NCBI GenBank assembly: GCA_951406725.2
Contig: OX597825.1
Coordinates: forward strand, 3,658,001-3,722,000
Origin: Octopus vulgaris
Lineage: Eukaryota
DNA length: 64,000 nucleotides
Reading direction: 5' to 3'
The first letter of the stretch is position 1; each line of letters starts with the position of its first letter. The notes beneath the pieces are model-generated. The model was not told the origin of the DNA and searched no databases. It saw nothing but the letters and a program-made list of their open reading frames with translations. Both the position numbers and the translations under genes were made by a program. This document shows positions 56,746 through 64,000 of the stretch, piece by piece.

Positions 56746-56922
56746 TTCTTCTTCTTCTTCTTCTTCTTCTTCTTCTTCTTCTTCTTCTTCTTCTTCTTCT
56801 TCTTCTTCTTCTTCTTCTTCTTCTTCTTCTTCTTCTTCTTCTTCTTCTTCTTCTTCTTCTTCTTCTTCTTCTTCTTCTTCTTCTTCTTCTTCTTCTTCTT
56901 CTTCTTCTTCTTCTTCTTCTTC
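56746..56922. repeat. uninterrupted (TTC)~59 microsatellite
   Basis: Directly visible; it is followed by (AGT/AGC)n at ~56965-57087. Confidence 0.97.
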
Positions 56923-59398
56923 TTTGATTTTATTGTTGAAATGAACTTCATCACAATTTTCATAAGTAGTAGTAGCAGTAGTAGTAGTAGTAGCAGCAGC
57001 AGCAGTACTAGTAGTAGTTGAAGTAGTAGTAGTAGTAGTAGTGTTAGTAGTAGCAGTAGTAGTAGTGGTGGTAGTAGTAGTAGTAGCTTAAGAATAATGG
57101 TAGCAACCGCTGCATTCCCATGTATACGAGTACGACGTATTATCTATAATTCGCAAATGCATAATTCCGAACAATGATATCCTGGGCGGTCTCCATACAT
57201 TCGGTAGTAAAATGTCTCGATTCCTGAGAAAAAGCATACACTAGCATGACTTTCAGTTATACAGCTAACGCTGGGAATTTCATTTGTAGAATATTTCATT
57301 TCAAATCTAGTCTGTTGCATCGCTAATATAAAGATGAGTGTTGAATTATTTAGAAGATTGAAAACACTTGATAGTATATAAAACATCACAAATACAAAAT
57401 GCTTTAGCATACAAGAGCTATATATCACGTAGTGGTCTTTGAATATAACTACATATCTCAAGTCTCTTCTTTTTCATCTATGTCTTAACGGAATACCGAT
57501 TCAAACTTCAGCTATTGCACGAAATTGTAAGAAAATTCTGAATGGGTACATACGCAATAGTCTTAAATAGAATTATACTTACTAGAATTATACTTAAATA
57601 GAATTATACTTTCCTGCTTAGTATTGGCAATATGTTTATTTACATTCCAGGATTACCTTCGAAATCATGTCTCCATAGCAGGCTTTTGTTTTTTAAGAAA
57701 GATATAATATATCAACCCTATCATGATGTGAGTGTTAAACAACTTTCCCGCTGAACATTTCTTTGGATACGTGCAAGAATATATATGAATAAAAATATAA
57801 ACTTAAAATTCTCATTTATCACTAATTTAATAAATCATTCCGGGGTGCTATGAAATTCCCTAAGGATGGTTTAGTGAGTAAAATACTGTAACTGTATTAA
57901 GTTTTCATTTTCAAACTCCAATTAGTTTATTAAAATCACAAGGCGTAATTTGCTCTTGTGAATTTTATAAGATCATTAAGCGAATTAAGTGATATTTTTA
58001 CACCAGTGAAATACTTACCACTTCACGCCTGTGCACTAGATAAAGTAGGAAATAAATTTATTAATCGCTTAATGGCAAAGTTGGATATCGATAAGAATAT
58101 TACGATTTATATTTTACATTGGCAGAAGTTTTAGTAAAAATATCTAAGTATATATTTCCAGCACTACTTGGCGCCAGAAGTGAATATAAAACTTGTTAAT
58201 ATTGGTAATAATTTATTGAGACTGACTCCATGTTAACGTTTCATACTGATGTTGCCTTATATAAATTGCATTAATCAAATTTTCTTAATTACTGTCATCG
58301 CATAATATGGAACCAATGCCTGGCATATTATTTAATATCGTATTGTTGCAGAGCATTTACATTTACTTCGTCACTGTAATCAATTATGCAACAGAATATT
58401 TTGATGATATCATGATGCTTTACAATCCAATATTGCTCGTATTTTTATCAGTACATTCACTAAAATATCATAGCTTAACCTTTAAATAAAAACGAAGAGA
58501 CAACAAAAGACGGAGCAAAGAATTAATGTTTAACTCCCGGCAAGATATATTCGTTGATATAGTTTGCAATGCCGTTGGAGTCTCATGTCTGTTATTTCCG
58601 GCAATCATGAACGATATGAAGAATAATGCTATATAGAAATGTCCTGTCAAATATGGCTAGATTAAGGATGCTGCGAGGATGAAGAAAACGCTGATAGTTC
58701 GAAAATATTCCACTTGATGGCACTTGGGTTTTTCATAATATTTAAAATATTTAACTGAATTTCCCGACTCTCTGATTGAACCACTTTGTTATGTAATATA
58801 ATATTTTATATGTCATCATATTGATATAGGCATTCATTGAAGTGAGCGATCAGTTTTCGTAATCAAACGTAATTTTTCTGCTGCGTTAGAATGACAATCA
58901 CCCATTCGATATGACCTGGGCTCATATTGGCTTGACTAAAATATTTTAAAATACACGGATGTCTCAAAAGTAAAGCTCATTATGTCGGGAAATCAAACAA
59001 ACGGGATTCCAAGGGTGGAAAGATATGGTACAGCATTACATTGTTATGGATAACGTATGAGCATTTCTATAATTATATGTATACAATATATACTTGTGTA
59101 TGTGTTTGTCGACAAATACTCGCATAATCACAGATATATATATAACAGTTTATAGCACGTGTGCGTTCCTTACTTTAAAAGTACCGTTCCGTTTAAAAGA
59201 GAAGTATCGTGAGCACGAATAAATTTTAAATAAAGACGTATTGTTAACGTCCATTGTGACTTTAGTGTGAGTTTATGATGGTTTTGCAGCCTTGGCTCTG
59301 GTTTTAGTAACTGGTATCATATACCCTACTGATTCTCTCTATATATGCACACATAGATATACATATTAGTTTGTGTTGTGCTTATGTATGTGTGTGCG

Positions 59399-59444
<46 letters not shown>

Positions 59445-60030
59445 CAGTGAGTCTGGTTGTGCCTACATATACGAAAACATATGCATATATACTATCTTTG
59501 GCAAGATCAGTGCCTGAAATATTTGAGGAGGGTTTACTCAATTGCATTTACCTCCGGTATACACCTCGTTTGGATATTTACCACTTTCGAGGTTCTGCAT
59601 GCTATGAATCATATGTAGCCCCGATCTTATCTACGTCCTTCCTTACCTATTCTATTCTTATTCGCATACCCGACTACTATGAAGTATAAAATTCATTTCT
59701 TTTCAGTTTATCGTACTTCGATACGAATAAATCAGCGAACTTCCATCTCAATAAACCACCATCGTCCCTGACAGTTGTCTTTTTTATATTTATTACGGAT
59801 TGCCTGAAGCTCAATTATTCCCTACACCAATCAATACTTGGATTTGAAAAATACACACACACACACACACACATATCAATAATAATAAAAGGGAAAAATG
59901 AATTAATTAATTAAGCAATTAATTAATTAATAATTAATTATTTTACAAAATAGTTCGGTACGTTGAAATAATCTTTTTTAGGTAAAAGTATATAAATATT
60001 CTATAATTATAAATATAATTATAGAATATT

Positions 60031-60072
<42 letters not shown>

Positions 60073-63000
60073 TATAAAATACAGTGTACATTAATACACA
60101 TGAAGAGGCTTCCATCATAGGAATCATTTACGCTAGAAAGAAGAGTTAAAGTCGAAACCACTAATTAGGGATATATTCTCGAAGGGAATGAAAAATATAA
60201 ACATTTACCATATAATTCCTGGACCATGGTTTCTAACTTATTTTAGTAAATATAAATTATTATTTACAGGGACGCTTTAGATTAAATATACAAACAAAGT
60301 GTGAAGCCAAAGCGATATAGTTAATTCAGAAATGATTTGCTATCTGTTGAAAGCATTGCAGAAAATCGATTATCAATGGTCATTGGTAAAGATTATACAA
60401 CTGTTTTGCACAGTAATGTCATATATCATTTTGTACAATTCGCACCGGAAACCATCATGAAATATTCCTGTAAATACAGATCTTTTCTTATCCTCCTTTA
60501 ATTCCATTATTGATTTGAATATCATATTTTCAGATCATCACAACATTATTTAGAAGGGAAACTGATTATTTATTTTGAAGAAGTTCACGATGCTATTGAG
60601 TAAATTCCTTCAGATTTCTTTCCTACTAGTGCTGAAGAATTTAATGCCCGCACTTAAAATGAACATAAGCGATTTTGGGACGTTCAGTTCTCAATAATAT
60701 AACCAATGGGGAATTGACATGTTCAAAAATGCAAAGAAAATTGCAAGTTGTATAATATTTCATTTAATATGCTGAAACCAACACATTGTATCTTAGTCAT
60801 AAATAAAAAAAAAAACTGATGCGTTCCTCGGTGTGTGTGTGTGAGTGAAACGTTATTCTTCAGGGATAGTTTAATTTATTTCGAGAAACTGATTAATTAA
60901 CGCAGAGTATGGCCTTCATTCTTGTTTTGACAATAATAAATACAAAATAATTAATAAAGAAAATATTCACGCTAAAATAATAGAAACGAGTGTGAAGTGT
61001 TTTAATTGTATACATGTTAAATGGGTATTTCTGACACACTGTAGCCTATTTTGAGCCAGTGACAAACCTAGAAGAGAAAAAGGGATTTATTCAAATATTG
61101 TGAATCTATATGAGATAAAACTCATTCAAGATACGCTTTCTTCAAGAATTACAAAACACAGTTAAACGTTTTCTCTCCTAAAATATATACAAAACCCTAA
61201 ATGGTTTGGATAAAAATGAAACAAAGGTAGAGAAATATGATAATAAAGGTTAGTAAATCAAAACCACAATTTGACACCATGAAAATACTACTACAAGACA
61301 TGAGATGCCAATATTGACTCACAAGATTTCGATTGCTTATTTATGCAGTGAATAACCGAAAATCTATGTAATGGAATATTTGTTGAGTGCAAATATTCTC
61401 ACGGAAACATTTGCCAAGTAAATATTATTCAATTGCTATAAACATGGAAACACAATAACATTTCTTTATTGATTTACTGTACTCGCCTAAAACCTAAGCA
61501 GGAAGCAATATACCGCAATTTGAAAAACTTTCGAGACGTACCTTTACGGCTTTCTGTCTAATTGTTGTTTTATTCTATTTATTATGCATGCACTGCTCTC
61601 TTTCGGAGCTGCCGTTCGTTAATTAATTTTTCTGTATTCTCTCCTCCCTTTTACCCTTTTTCGACTTGTTGCGAAACTCCTGATCGTTGTATGTTACAAG
61701 CTCACTATTACAGTATGAATCCATCGTGAAGAGAAGCATACTGACAAACAGAGTTGATGCCTTTGGCTCGAACAATAACTATAGACGCTTATTATACATA
61801 TCATGGTACAAATAAGCAACGCAGGATAAATATCTCTCTAGATATATTATGAAATATATCTGGTGTAATTCATTACGTCCCCAAAATTATAATGTAAGAA
61901 AATATGATTTTAGTTGGCTGAAAAGAATGTCTCTTTACAACGGTCTGTCATCTATGGAATAAATCCGCTGACAAATGCACTACAAAATTGCAGTTAAGCC
62001 AACAATATACAAAGCAAATAAGAAGACAATTATTGTGTATCAAAAAAGCAATATTACACAATTGTCGTTAAGCTGATATGTTTAAGGCTTAAAATGTTTA
62101 TGTAAAGCGAACAGATATTTTATCAATAATGTTGCTATTTATCATCGCTCTTGTAGGCGTATGAACGTATGTCAACAGACTAATTATAGATAAACTTGAG
62201 ATCGTTTCTGTAATTTCCATCTTGTGTTACTTTTCGGATGAATAGCGATATGATCTCTTGTTCAAGACGAAAAAGATTACAAGAATTTTGTACGACATAT
62301 CCTGAATGAAATACAATCAATGAAATAGCTATACCAACAACTCAAAAAAAATAATTGATAACAAAGAAAAATATTCAGATGATGAAGGTAATTACAATGA
62401 TCAAGATAATGATGATAATGATATCGATGATGATGAAGGAAATGATGACAATCATTGCAGTGGTTTTGATGGTGTTTTTCGTAATGACGTTGACTAATGC
62501 AATAATATCGACATATGTTTCATGGAAAGAAATTGAGGGAACAAACCGAGAATTTGTCGTCAATTAATTGTAATTTCAATCGAAGAGTTCAGTGTAGATT
62601 AAAAGATAACCATATAAATAATGACAGTATATTCGTAAATGTGAATGTAATTGATAAATTAAAATGCGGTGCTTATATGTTCGTGTCATAATTATTTGAG
62701 AGAGGAATATGCAACATTGCACATGATTAATTGTAACACAATAGACTGACAAATTAGGGTCTTTTCTCGTTACTCGTTAATTTATTGTAGAATAAATTTA
62801 TAATTACTTTTTTAAGTTCATCAAAAATCATGGTTGTGTATAAGCATATATACAGAAGGAATGAGATTTAAGTTTTTATACAGAATATTAGGGGATGACC
62901 AACTTTTCCATTCTTCATCTCCTGTCTTGTAGTGTGTACGAGAAATATCTGCATTTTTTTAGAAATAGTGTGGCACGTTGGTCGGCGAGCGAAAGAGAAT

Positions 63001-63461
63001 TGTGGAATCAAAAGGATTTATTTGTGCCTGGGCTAGTCTGCCATGGTTCAGTGTTTTTTGGGGATTGGTCTTGCAGTTCAAAATCGTGTGTGAGTGTGAG
63101 TGTGTATATATATGTGTGTGTGTGCTTGTGCGTGTATGTGTGTGCTTGTGTTTGATGAACTTAAAATAATTATTCAATTATTTCATTACCTATTTTGAAC
63201 ACTTTCATATAAACTGTTTAAACAAAAAGACCCTCTTAACATGTTCTTCTCATTGTCAAAGATTTCATTTTTTAGCATTTTGTTATCATTATCAAATACT
63301 ACATAACTGTATTTTAATGCAATTATGCTAACAATTTTTAACGCAACAAAGCTTTACATTTTAGGTTTGATAATGTTTTATTTTTGTTTTCTATTTTGGA
63401 AAAATGAAACTGGTCAAGTAAATAAACATCTTTAAAAGACCGCTGCATTTTTCAAACCTAT

Positions 63462-63514
63462 ATAAACTTACTTGAGAATTAATGCGTAGCGTTCTATTAA
63501 ATAAATAAATAATA

Positions 63515-63579
<65 letters not shown>

Positions 63580-63642
63580 CGATATATATATCGTATTATT
63601 TATTTAACTGAACGCGAGGTGTCAATTCTCAAGTAAGGTTAT
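63462..63642. repeat. imperfect ~58-bp inverted repeat arms around (TA)n, with a nested 22-bp palindrome
   Basis: Left arm ataaacttacttgagaattaatgcgtagcgttctattaaataaataaataatatgata versus rc right arm ataaccttacttgagaattgacacctcgcgttcagttaaataaataatacgata. The palindrome aatacgatatatatatcgtatt is at 63576-63597. Confidence 0.88.
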
Positions 63643-63699
63643 CTTCACCATTTGTTGTGCGAGTCTCTTCTCTATACTGTTTCTTCCTCACGTATTTGG

Positions 63700-63958
63700 T
63701 TCTTTCTTCTCGCATGATTCTCTAATTCCCTTTCCCCCCACTCCTTCACCGGTTTTATCTATCTCTCTCTCCTGTTTCTCTTTGTCTTTCTCTCCCCACT
63801 TTGTCTTTCTCTCTCCCCCACTCTTTCTCTTTTTTCTCTACCCTTCTTACTCTTTCTTTTTCCCTGTCTCCCGTTACTCACACGTGACCATCGTTCATCC
63901 TTCTTTTTCTCAGATGACCAAATTACTTTTTGTGCTCGGACGTCTAAAAGGCTGAACG

Positions 63959-64000
<42 letters not shown>
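63700..64000. repeat. pyrimidine-rich low-complexity tract ending in (CT)n
   Basis: Directly visible; includes a duplicated ctttgtctttctctccccact-like unit. Confidence 0.85.

Overview
This is an AT-rich eukaryotic window with no intact protein-coding gene, rRNA, tRNA gene or CRISPR array that I can support. It reads as an intron or intergenic transposon graveyard. The very dense (TA)n/(CA)n/(TACA)n/(GAA)n/(TAA)n microsatellites and the tRNA-derived SINE families suggest a coleoid cephalopod, probably Octopus; this is inferred from pattern recognition, not from a database search. Recognisable content: about eight 5'-truncated or fragmentary R4/Dong-type non-LTR retrotransposon copies (RT C-terminus, CCHC knuckle, PD-(D/E)xK endonuclease), an L1/Tx1 RT fragment, three copies of a DD37D (maT) transposon, a DD34E Tc1 remnant, mariner and pogo-like remnants and MITEs, many SINE copies of about three families, and probable Penelope-derived pieces. 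Almost all ORFs in the supplied track are microsatellite read-through or TE debris. I found no convincing new biological system. The most notable structure is a recurring set of fold-back inversions centred on self-complementary microsatellites, plus serial Dong insertion into (TAA)n tracts, a tail-to-tail SINE pair and a degenerate hammerhead-like motif. TE boundaries are approximate (tens of bp).
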